Assembly: GCA_012026655.1 (NCBI GenBank)
Contig: JAAILG010000003.1
Coordinates: 186,001-250,000, forward strand
Source: Hydrolagus affinis
Lineage: Eukaryota
Length of the DNA stretch: 64,000 nucleotides
Direction of reading: 5' to 3'
Numbering within the stretch: the first letter of the stretch is position 1; every line of letters begins with the position of its first letter. Positions 25,551 to 36,587 of the stretch are shown here, one piece after another. The notes under the pieces are model-generated. The model ran no database searches, was not told the origin of the DNA, and was given only the letters and a program-made list of their open reading frames with translations. The position numbers and the translations under genes are program-made.

Positions 25551-26212
25551 AAAGGGAGGGAAAATGGTCAATTTCAGTGGATACTGTATTTAAAACATGT
25601 TAAAAGGAATGGCCTTTAATCCTTTTAAAAATCCCAGAAATTCCTGTCCAGTGAGCATTTCAAAATAACATCTTCAACATCTGTTTCTTTTAAAAGTTTC
25701 ATTATAATTTATGTCCATTACCTGATGGTTCGGCCCAAAGGAAATTTCAATAAAACAACTGTCTCAGTGACTGAGATGAGGCTCGGAAAATTAGCCTCTT
25801 TGTTTATTTTCTTTACTTCCTCCAGCAATTTTATGGCCATTAAAAACATGTTCCATAACATCTATATTTAATTTTTTTAAATTGGGAAACTTTATGTTTC
25901 ATTGTGCATAAAAATGTTGTATAATTGTTGAATAACTGTTCAAAAAAAACACATGATCCATTTCAGAATACAGTTGCAAAGAAGAAAATCACCAGAGCAA
26001 GTGTTTGTACATATGTTGACTATTGTAAGGGAAGGTTACAAACTTGCACTTATTATTACCTGCATGATCTCAGCTGGCCTGTCTGGCTGTGATACCATGA
26101 GAAGTTAAGGTGCTTTTCAATGAAAGAAAAGAAACATTGTCAAGTGACCCAAACACTGCTCTTGCACGTCTCTAAGCAGACGGTTAGATAATGGAATTGC
26201 CAAAGACTTGAC

Positions 26213-26556
26213 ATAAATAATAATCCTTGCATTTGATATAGCATTCTTTATGTCTTCTAGACGTCTCAAAGCTCTTCACAAGAACATACTGTAAAATGAA
26301 TTCACTATATATTTGTGGGCGAATCGTGGCAGCCAATTGCGCACATCAGTGTCCCACAAGCAGTTGTGGATTGCGTGACCAAATCATTATTGATTTTTTA
26401 GGGATTATTATCCCAGGAAAAGTGACCCACCATTCAACTAACAATCAGGATCCTAATTACTGCTAGGTAAACAAAGGCATGGGGAGTAGGGAAACTTGCC
26501 TAAAATTTCACTCTTCTGGGAATAGAACCCAGGTCTCTCGCTTTTGAGGCGAGTGC
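26213..26556 (-). mobile_element. Near full-length family A SINE
   Basis: Tail AATAATAATCCTTGCATTTGATATAGC through the B-box region (GAACCCAGGTCTCTCGC...GGCGAGTGC on plus). Confidence 0.9.
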
Positions 26557-26599
26557 ATACATTCAGTTGTATGTAATCAGAATCTCCACTGGCTCCACC

Positions 26600-27327
26600 T
26601 CATGAAGCCAATCTGGAACCTGGGTGTCTTGTTTAAACTGTCCTTTCTCCCCCAATATCCGCTCTATGACCAGCACTGCCTTCCACCACCTCCATAACAT
26701 TGCCAGGCTCCGCCACTGCTTCACCCCTCACCCATGCATTCATCACATCAAGGCTCGACTATGGAAACTCCCTCCCCGTCGGCCTTCCCAGTTCTTCCCT
26801 TCACAAGCTGCAGAAAATCCCAAACTCTGCAGCTCCTGTCCTCTCCCGCAGAAGGCTCCACAACCTTATCACTCCAAACCTCGCCCAGCTCCATTGGCTT
26901 CCCATCCCCTGAGGATAGAATTCAAGATCTTCATTCTCACTTTCAAGGCAATCCACGGCCTTGCCCCCTCCTAACTCTCTACCCACTGAATAACCCTACC
27001 AAGCTGTCCACACCCTCCCTTCAGTGGGCTCCAGTCTGCTCCATGTCTCCCACCCGATAGCCCTACCAATGGTGGACGGGCTTTCAGTCTCTCTGCCCCA
27101 CACTCTGGAACTCCATCCCACAGTCCTTTTGCCTCGCATCCTCCCTTGCCTTCTTCATGGACCCTCCTTTTCGATTGTGCCTTCAGCCACCTTCCCACTT
27201 CTCCCCCCACTCCCCCACCCCCCTATCCTGCCCTTCCCCAATGCTCGGGTTCCAACCCCTGACTGTTAGAGCCTTGGGATGTCCTCCTGACATGAAAGAC
27301 ATATAAATGTAACTTTGTTATTGTTGT
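26600..27327 (+). mobile_element. L2 LINE 3' portion
   Basis: AFHHLHNIARLR, HAFITSRLDYGNSL, LHWLPI, RIEFKIFILTFKAIHGLAPS; tail CCTTGGGATGTCCTCCTGACATGAAAG...TTGTTATTGTTG. Confidence 0.9.
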
Positions 27328-27506
27328 AACAGAGTCAAGCACTAAAATAATTCAAATAATGTATGAGACAAATGCATTTTCTGTTTCATCTTTATGTCAC
27401 TTTTAAGAACTGTGTTCAATGCCTTAGTACGTTAAAGTGGATCAAATACGTAAACAAGAATTGTTTCATTAAGAAAACCTACAGATTCTAATCTTGTTTC
27501 CAACAG

Positions 27507-27597
27507 ATCAAGAAAGTAAATGCTCCTTTTACATCTGTTCCAACCCAAAGCATAAAATGTGACATTCTGAGCATCAGTGAAGACCAATCTGTTCAAG
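27507..27597 (+). CDS. C10orf90: Predicted C10orf90 coding exon 2 (91 nt, phase 0 to 1), absent from the ORF track
   Basis: Branch-like TTCTAAT, acceptor TCTTGTTTCCAACAG|, open frame IKKVNAPFTSVPTQSIKCDILSISEDQSVQ, donor AAG|GTAACC; bridges exactly the phase-0 donor at 23497 and the phase-1 acceptor at 50742. Confidence 0.6.
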
Positions 27598-29289
27598 GTA
27601 ACCTATCAATTAGATCAAATCAAATGAACAACTTTGTTTCACTTGTAAACCTGAAGGATGTTGTCACTAATTTTCCAAAGTTAGCAGATCTTAGAATTGA
27701 ATAATTTGTCTACATAATTGGATGTTTGTTTGAATATTAACTTGTAATATGTTTTTCACAATTTCATGGGCGACATCGCTTTTCTCGATTGCGCTGCCGC
27801 GATCACCTAAAAATAAGCCATCACTATTCTTCACAGTAAATTCTGTGAAGTGCTTTGAGATGTCCTCCCAATGTGAAAGCCACAAATCCAAATGGAAGGG
27901 TTATTATAATCATTATTTCCTGGAGATGTTTTTTCAATGCAGTCTTTGTACAGTTCTCATTGATTCACTGTCCAACGACGCTCCAGAGATTTAATTTCTG
28001 TCATGATTTAGTTTGCCAATGGACTAACCTTCACCTAATCTCTACGAGTCACAGAATAACCATTTTTCTAAAATTTTCACTGGGAAGATAAGGTGAATCG
28101 GATTTCCGGAGTATTCCAAATGCTCACTGTAAACAACTGAGACTGTGTCAAACAGGAGAAAATATCTCTTTGTAAAAGGGTAGAATGACTCAAGTATTGG
28201 AACAATGGTTTGATTGAATGTTTCAGGCATACGTATGCTCTACGTTTCCTTTAGTCATTGTGACTGTTCACAACAGGCAGAAAGTAAAACAGTGTTTGCC
28301 TTTCATGCTTTGTCTGCAGATTGTGCCTATTGTCTTTGATTAATAGACTTTGTGAATGAATCGCTTTAGTAAAGACACCATCAAATATATTCTAATTATT
28401 TAGATCTATTGGTAATTGATGGTACCATCATAACCTTGGTGATAACCTTTACTGCACAACTCAGCAGGTAGGAAGGGCTCTATGTACCTTCTCCTTGTGT
28501 TCCACAGTCTGATTCAGACAATTCCATACCATGCAGTAATTCTGTGCAAAACTAAGGGAAATTAATCATGAAAAGATGAAATTGTCAGAGGTCAGACAGT
28601 GACACATGGAAGGCAACGTTACAGGCCATCGGAAAGGACTAATTGGGTATCATTTCAGGTCTACCTTATTCGGTGCCTGCTGAGAGACAAAGAAGGTATT
28701 GAAGTTGTAACGTGAGAGTTCAGGCTCTTTGTCTCTGTTGTTGGAAGTATAAGAAGAAATCAGCTCCAGGAGAGTTCAGACCAAAGGGACTATAAGCTAA
28801 GTGCTGGGTCTTTTTTGAGTGGCAATAAGCTTGCTGCTCATTAATGCCACTTTGGACACAGGTTGCTGCCTGTTTGCCAATTCCTGCTGGGTTTCTTCAA
28901 TGGCTGTTTTACATAAGTTGGAGCCTCGAGTCAACAATAATTGTCAACCTTTCGCTCGTCGTAAACTAAGTTATGGAGGACTTTCAAGCCTTTTTTTAAT
29001 GAAATGGAAACAGAAATAAAATCTCTACATGTACATTGACACTGCAACAGAGTTGCAAGGTCTTCTTAAAACAGGCAACCACTCCAGCAGATATAATCTT
29101 CTTCATCGCCCAGGTAGCCATACGGATAGGTTATGTCTCTCTTTTAATAAATATGGATATTTGCTGCACACCCAATTTTAAAAGCAAAATAATTTGCCAA
29201 AATATTAAACTAAAATAAAATAAAAGCAAACTAATTTGTCAAAAAATTTACCAAAATAAAACAACTAATTTTAAAAGCAAAATAATTGG

Positions 29290-29462
29290 CATGCAATCCA
29301 CAACTGTTTGTGGGACTCTACTGAGTGCAATCAGCTGCACTTTACAGCATATTCGGTGAAGCGCTTTGAGACATCTCAAAGATGTGAAAAGCACTATATC
29401 AACTGCAAGGATGATTAGTATTATTATTATATCAAATGTGAGGATTATGATTATTATTATTA
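29290..29462 (+). mobile_element. Family A SINE 3' fragment with duplicated tail
   Basis: Two successive ATATCAA.TG..AGGAT..TTATT tails. Confidence 0.8.
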
Positions 29463-30099
29463 CTTAATGCTGCATTGATTGCTGGCCAGCCTTAAACATA
29501 ATGCTATTAAATATTGCTGGTACAGCATACTGCAGTCCTTCTCAGGCATTTATTCTGCATGCTCTTCAACTTAATTTAACCTTTCTTTAATCACATTAAA
29601 GGGTACATAGCCATCTGGCCATACAACGTATGGATGAATTGTTGAATAACTCAGCAGAGCTTGAACTGGGAATGGCCGTTCAAATGGAACTAAATGTTTC
29701 CATCATCAACAATTACTAAAATTGCTGATTGTGACAGGCAACATAATGCTATGCCACAAATCCTAAATGAGGATGAATCGAAGGCTGAATGCGCACTATT
29801 ACTACTGTAACAACCACAGCAGATGTATGGCTTCATGATGGCATTGTGCTTGTCATACCTATTGTCATAGAGAAGTCAAGGATCAGAGGGCTGATTCTCC
29901 AACTGCTGGAGTATGGCAGTGAATTTATAACGGGATTTGCTGCTTATAGAGTAGTAAAATATGTAGAATTTACGGGAAAGCAATTTGCAGCAGCTTTTTA
30001 GAGCACTGAACTTGTTTAGTGAGATTATTTGTTCAACGTAAAGGAAACATAACTTTCAGTTTGCCTACAAAAACAATCCCAGCACTTGACAATACGTGT

Positions 30100-30303
30100 G
30101 TTAGCCAGGCTGAGTTGGTAGTCCTGTCATGCCTGAGTCAGAAAGTTGAAATTTCGAGCTTTACATCGAGACTTTGAATTCACACAGTCGAGGCTTACAC
30201 TCCAACGCAGTGCTAGTGGTACATTGCATTAATAGATGTGTTGTCCTTTGGATGAGACATTAGTGTGAAGTTATGCATTTTATGGCGTTACATAAATGCA
30301 AGT
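30100..30303 (+). mobile_element. Family B SacSINE1-like SINE, internally deleted
   Basis: CCAGGCTGAGTTGGTAG...CTGAGTCAGAAAGTTG...GGCTTACACTCCA...CTTTGGATGAGACATTA...ATAAATGCAAGT. Confidence 0.65.
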
Positions 30304-30367
30304 TTTTTTTGTATTCAAATAAATTTTCACTACCTCATTTGGGGCCTGAAATGTATGATAGAGGCTT

Positions 30368-30556
30368 TAGAATCATAGAATTTTACAGCTCATAAGGAGG
30401 CCATTCAGCCGATCATGCCAATTATCTTAAATCTATGTCTGCCCACCGGAAGAAACCATTTCTCCCTATCTACTCTATGAAAACCACTCATAATTTTGAA
30501 CACCTCTATTAAATCTCCCCTCAACCTTCTCTCCTCTAAGGGGAACAATCCCAGCT
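30368..30556 (-). mobile_element. CR1 3' fragment
   Basis: TAGAATCATAGAATTTTACAGC...GGAGGCCATTCAGCC tail; ACCTCTATTAAATCTCCCCTCAACCTTCTC. Confidence 0.8.
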
Positions 30557-31423
30557 AGTAGATATTAGTAGCTTGTCAAACCGTTTTTGATCAATTCTAG
30601 CTTAACAATAAATGAAAGTACCAAATACTGTAGGAATCCAAATACATTGCAAATGTTTCAGTTTAGCAATATATCATTAAATTCAAATTACATATGAAGT
30701 CTGCATGACTAAACCAGCTAATTTACCCATTTACATTTTCCTAATATTTACTGTACCAATTTATCATTAAAGGTTTGACAATTTATTGAAAATATATAGA
30801 TTCCGAAGCTTTGATTCTGGTTGTTCGAGTCATTGAGCATAGTATAGGAAATAGTCCCAGTCAGAAAGCTAAACGCTTTATCAAAATAAAAGACCAATGA
30901 GTGAAAATGCTCTGTATACCCACAAGAGTTGAATACAAATGTCAAGTCGGAAATTACAATGTTGGAGAAATCCCTCTTGCTTAAAGAACGAGTACACCTT
31001 GAATATTCAATTTGGATGTTTCTGTACTGACTATTTTGATTTCATTCATGAGCATCACCCCTTTGTTTGTATTTCCTCTGTGTGCAACTGTAAGTGTTAA
31101 ATTAAATTTTTAAAGACTTTCCTCGTTGTCAGGCATTAATCTTTATTTGCCAGATGCTTGGCAATGGAAAAAAAAAGTCAGATTACATGGCTTGATTCCC
31201 AGGCAGTTGGCAGTTCCGTTCATTACAAAACAGAATCCATATAATACCCATTAAGACAACCTAAAATTCAGATTTACCAATGTGCCAGCAGCCACATCAT
31301 GATGAGAATGATAATTGTGGAATTATTGAGTCAGCTGGATGGGGCTGATGTTTAAGAATAAGACTTCCAGCAGCAAAGTTACAATATTTACAATATATAC
31401 ATTATATCTTATTTTCAGCTAAT

Positions 31424-31785
31424 ATTATAATAATAATCCTTCCATTTGATATAATGCCTTAACATGTTGCTGAAACGTCTCAAAACACTTCACAGAATAT
31501 ACCGTAAGTGAATTGTATTTTGTGGGCAAAACACGGCAGCCAATTGCACACAGCAGTATCCCACAAATGGGTGACCAATTTATTAACATTATTATAATGT
31601 TTTGGAGGGATTATTTCCCCCTGGAAAGCAATCTCCCAATTGACTAAAAACCAGGTTCCTACTTACTGCTAGGTAAACAGAGATGTTTGGAATAAGGAAA
31701 CTTACCTAAGTTTTCACTCCAGCCAGCATTCGAATTCAGGTCCACTCCCTTGCAAGTAAAGCAATATCTTCACTATGGGATATTG
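31424..31785 (-). mobile_element. Near full-length family A SINE
   Basis: Tail, body and degenerate tRNA head. Confidence 0.85.
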
Positions 31786-32453
31786 GTGTGAACTGTAATA
31801 CAAAACATACAACCTTAGATATGGATGTCAATTCATATGTGGTACATTTAATTTGAAGTGTATTCATTTTCACAGCAAAACATTTGCGTATTTTGGGCTT
31901 ATTTATCCACATTGAAATTGTGAAAGGCATTATACAAGTGTAATTTTGTTGTTGTTGTTGAAATCTCTGTTATGTTACATTGCTTTTTCCTGTCTCAACT
32001 CTTGTTATTACAATTTTCTCTCACAACTAGTCTGATTTTAATTGCAGACAGTACAATTACTAGCCATACTACACTGAGATTGAATACTGGTGACTGATTT
32101 CAAATTATGAGCTGAGTGGACCATTTTGATCATTGCATGCAATCACTGCACTTTCTAGTATGTCCTGTGAAGAGCAATGAAAAGTCAAAGCTGCTGTACC
32201 AAATGGAAGGATTATAGTACGATTACCATCATACAAGAACAACACTGGATTTATCATTATCAAATATCCTGTTCAGAATCTGTCAGTAAACATCCCAAAG
32301 AGCGCAACACTCAAAGTGTCTTAGTTTTCTTCTCTATTTTTGCCAAAGGTAGATTAGGATTCCTTCTCATCACGCTTGGCGATGGATTGACACCTTTCGA
32401 TACTTTGTGTACCGCTGAATATTTTGTAAAGTTTCCTGAAAAACACCTCGAGT

Positions 32454-32760
32454 GGAGTCTTGTAGCTCAGTGTTTAGAGCAATCGCCTTGCAAGTGAGAA
32501 AACTGGGTTAGATTCCTGGCAGGAAGAAACCTTGGGCAAGTTTCTTTACTCCACATGCCTGTTTGTAATCCTTCAAGAAAAATATAGTAATAATAATTTG
32601 GTCACTCAATCCATAACTGTTCGTGGGACAATGCTGTGAGAGATTGACTTCTTTTTTCTCCCACAAATATACAGTCAATTCACTTTACAGTATATTCTGT
32701 GAAGCACTTTGAGACGTCTGGAAGATTTGAAAAGCGCTATATCAAATGCAAGGATTATTT
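32454..32760 (+). mobile_element. Full-length family A tRNA SINE
   Basis: GGAGTCTTGTAGCTCAGTGTTTAGAGC (A box), CCTTGCAAG (TGC anticodon-like loop), GGTTAGATTCC (B box), 3' tail ATATCAAATGCAAGGATTATT. Confidence 0.9.
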
Positions 32761-32871
32761 GTGAGGATTTTATTGTGGCTTTACAAAAATGGTTAAAATT
32801 CATACTGCACCAAATATCACATGTATTGCTGACACAAACATTGTGAATGGTCACAAAACTAATGACAAGCA

Positions 32872-33016
32872 GTAAAAAAAACACGCAAAATACTGCAGAT
32901 GCTGGAAATCTGAAACAAAAAACAGAAATAGCTGGGAACACTCAGCAGGTCAAGCAGCATCTATGGAGAAAGGAAAGTGAGTCAACGTTTTGGGTCCACG
33001 ACCCTTCATCAGAACA
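32872..33016 (-). mobile_element. Penelope-like element terminal-repeat relic with a degenerate hammerhead ribozyme
   Basis: Minus strand CTGATGAAGGGTCGTGGACCCAAAACGTTGACTC...AGATGCTGCTTGACCTGCTGAGTGTTCCCAGC...GATTTCCAGCATCTGCAGT; architecture typical of PLE pseudo-LTRs. Confidence 0.7.
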
Positions 33017-33371
33017 GCGTGACCATTGGCCATGTCTATTTCTCAACTCCCCTCTCCCACTCAAGCCTTTCTCCCCCTGAACGAGCTGCACTCCAGTGAA
33101 AAGCAGTGTCTTTTTTAAACTAACCATTTTAGATCTGACATTTGATGAATGAATGCCATATTTATTTGATATTAAAACTGCTGCTTGGTTGACAGAACAG
33201 AATGCAAATTGTATACTCATATGATCACCAGAGAAGTTCAGATAAAGACTTTGTCCTTTTGAGCTCATTCTTCCAGAAAACCAAACATTTCCTCTGTGCC
33301 TTCTGTCTTTCCCTGTCACTCATTGAACAAATATTTCCGTGATTCTTCAATCATCAGTCAAATTGGTTAAG

Positions 33372-33610
33372 TGTCAGCTTGACTCAGTTGGTAAGACTTT
33401 CGCTTCTGAATCCAAAAGTTGTTGCTTTCAGCTCCTTGTCTATGCTGACATTGTCATACAATGCAGGGAGAATGCTGAATTGTTGGAGATGCTGTCCTTT
33501 GGATGCGATGTTACACCAATGTTTTGTTTGCCTGTTCAGGTAGGCGTTAAAGATCCAATGTCACCTTTGGAAAAGAGAAGGGTCTTTCTCCTGGTAATCT
33601 GGCAATTGAA
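33372..33610 (+). mobile_element. Family B SacSINE1-like SINE, 5' portion and core
   Basis: CTTGACTCAGTTGGTAAGAC...CCTGTTCAGGTAGGCGTTAAAGATCCAATGTCAC...GAGAAGGG..TTTCTCCTGGT. Confidence 0.65.
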
Positions 33611-35359
33611 GCAATTGAAATTGATTTGCATTTTTCCAATATTCGAAGCCCCAATTTGTCATTGAACTAAGTAATTAAAAGTTTGGTAATTAACATGTGG
33701 AAGGGATCACCAAAATGGGAGGGAGTGGAAGTCAGGACACTGGACTCGTTTAGAAGTGGCTTGATGCTTTAATGGGAAGTCAAGAGAGTTGGTATTCTGA
33801 AAATATGAGATCAAATGGACCCATGAGCTTTTTCAGTCTAACGTTTTTGAGATACAGGTATTATGCTTCAGTCATTAAGTCTATCGATCCATGAAATTTG
33901 CATTCGTTAAATAGATGTTATCATATCAAACGCACATTTTTAGTGTGATAAAATGAATTATTTTACAATCAATTTTTTTAATGAAGAATGTGGCTATGGA
34001 GAGCTATTTACCAGATCTATTTTCTCGTCCAAGAATTTGCATATTTTGCCTTGCAACCAGTCTCCCTTCCTTACCTGGATAATCAAGCAATATCACACTT
34101 GCAATCGGTCATACATCTATAACTGACAAATTGCTGAGGATGCTAACAACTAAAGCAGCTAAATATTCCCAATTTGCCAATCATGTAACCATGATACTGC
34201 AAATCGTGGATAAGGTCCTTAACCTTCACTCAATTCATGAAAATTACTCTTTCATACAAGCATTGCCTTGACCTCATGAAATACTAATTTTAGTTTTGTA
34301 ATTGCTTGACACTTATTTCTCATTAAAATCTGTGAACAGGTGGCCAGTTAATTTCCGTGTGATGGAATGTAAACAGAGATGTCAAAATAGATTCTGTGAT
34401 TTGTCTTCAAAACAAATCCATGAAGACTAGAACAAGAAGATGAATGGATGGCAATGAACAAATTATTCTAGTGTTTCTATTGTATCAGCGGTTTGAATTT
34501 AGAATTGTGTTGTTGATTCCAAACGTCTCTGCCCTACCCAATTGGGTCTTGGAAGAACGCACAATTCAACCAGTTGGAACTCAAATACCAGCTGGTGCCT
34601 GGTAGCTGACAGTAATATATTGCAAGTCATTACTTCAATAAGTGAACTGCTTTGTTTAAGTGGTCACTGGGTTTCACAAAGGACATTTTCTAAATTAGAC
34701 AGGCAACTGCTTAGCTAATGTAATCTTCTCTTCAGATCAGTTATAACTTTATGAAAACATTTGACTTTAAAATGTGTTGTGAAAAAATATTTTTCTCTGC
34801 ACGCCAGTAATTGACATGCAGAACACAGACACACTTCTCTACTTATTTAAATTCTGCATTCTGTACATCTCACACTCTGGTTTAGATTTTGTAAAAACAG
34901 CAACAGACATTAATGTTTTCTGGGACCGCAGCTGTTCTCTCTCTATTTGAAGGACTATGCATTCAATCCAAATGTAGAGAGAAAGAACGGGTGAATCCAA
35001 TCCAAATGCAGAGAGAAAGACCGCAGATATAATTATAGCCTACTTGGTGGAAAAAAACCTGTTGTTTGTGATTAACAAAAACTTGTTGAACACAGCTTAT
35101 AGATAGAATAATGGAAATGTTTTCACATGCTTGAATTATGATTACTATGGTCAATCACCAAACCATAATCCCTAGCGTTAGAGTGTCAGGGCTGAGAGGT
35201 GGATCAGTTCCTCCTCATTTCTCACTTGGTTTAACACAACAAAAGGCTTGTTGTGAGGCAGAATTCATTTCCCACAGTCATAAATAACATCACCACTGGA
35301 TTAAGAATGGAGAATATTAATAAAATGGGTCAAAAGCAATAGGGGAGAGTGAATCAATC

Positions 35360-35460
35360 AATCAAAACTTACATTTATATAGCGCCTTTCATGTCAAGAG
35401 GACGTCCCAAGGCGTAGTACAGTTAGATAGGGACAAAAGTAGTGGGGGAGGGGTCAGGGC
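35360..35460 (-). mobile_element. L2 3' tail
   Basis: ACATTTATATAGCGCCTTTCATGTCAAGAGGACGTCCCAAGGCG. Confidence 0.85.
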
Positions 35461-35621
35461 AGTATGAAAAAGAGTAGGAAAATTGATCGTATATTTGTGG
35501 GCGAACGAAGAAAAAGGAAAGAAAAAGAAAAGAAGAAAGGCACATTCACATTCAGAGAGAACCACAAACATTGGAATGAATGTACAGTATATATTTTTAA
35601 ATCTCCTTTGAATACAGTTAA

Positions 35622-35749
35622 AAATAATAAAAATCCTCCCTGCACTTGATATAGCACTTTTAACATCTATTTAGACGTCTCAAAGCGCTTCACATGATAT
35701 ACTGTAAAGTGAATTGATTGTATATTTGTGGGTGAAACATGGCAGCCAC
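35622..35749 (-). mobile_element. Family A SINE 3' fragment abutting an L2
   Basis: AGACGTCTCAAAGCGCTTCAC...GTGAATTGATTGTATATTTGTGGGTGAAACATGGCAGCCA. Confidence 0.85.
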
Positions 35750-36147
35750 TTGACTCCCTATCAAATTGCCCACCCCTTCCGTTCAGCGGGATGCTCCATG
35801 TCCCCTGCCCGACCCGCCCTATCATTGGTGGACAGGCTTTCAGCCTCTCTGCCCCCGCACTCTGGAACTCCATCCAACAGTCCCTTTGCTTCCTCCCTTG
35901 CCTCCTTCAATGCTGGACTCCTCTTCGATCGTGCCTTCTGCTGCCCTCCCAAATCTCTCCCTCCCCTCCCACTCTCTCCCTCCCCTCCCAACTCTCTCCC
36001 TCCCCTCCTAACTCTCCACCTCCCCTCCCACTACCCTGCCTCTCCCCCTTTGCTCGGATCCCAACCTGACTGTTCAGCGACTTAGGACGTCCTCCCGACG
36101 TGGAAGGCGCTCTAAACATTAAATTTTATTGTTGATGTTGTTGTTGT
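35750..36147 (+). mobile_element. L2 LINE 3' fragment
   Basis: GMLHVPCPTRPIIGGQAFSLSAPALWNSI; C-rich 3' UTR; tail GGACGTCCTCCCGACGTGGAAGGCGCT...(GTT)n. Confidence 0.9.
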
Positions 36148-36364
36148 AGATTGAAGTCTACCCGTAAAGATTAGATGCACATAGCCATATGAATGCCATT
36201 GAGACTCTCATAAAATGTTAATCCTGTTATGAGTACATAAATCATTTTCTACCTTCCCCATGTTATGTTCAGTGAGTGGCTGGACTGTAGTAAAGTATAA
36301 GATCCTGAGTTCCTTGCACCTAGCTGGAATCCATTGAAGCATGTCTGTAGTCAAGTAGCCAAAA

Positions 36365-36550
36365 CCCATAATAAATTGATCACTTCAATCCACGACTGTT
36401 TGTGGGACACTGCTGTGCGCAATTTGCCCACAAATCTATACAACAACATCAAAATTATATTTGTATAGAATACAATTCACTTCACACTATATTCTGTGAA
36501 GCACTTTGAGATGTCGAGAAGACGTGAAAAGCGCTATATCAAATGCGAGG

Positions 36551-36586
<36 letters not shown>
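36365..36586 (+). mobile_element. Family A SINE 3' half with long (ATT)n tail
   Basis: CTGTTTGTGGGACACTGCTGTGCGCAATT...GACGTGAAAAGCGCTATATCAAATGCGAGG(ATT)n; short L2-tail piece embedded at about 36440-36468. Confidence 0.85.

Positions 36587-36587
<1 letters not shown>

Noticed and set aside
32942-33319. 125-aa minus-strand ORF
   Set aside because: It starts at a non-ATG codon, overlaps the Penelope-like repeat, and has no recognisable domain or splice support.
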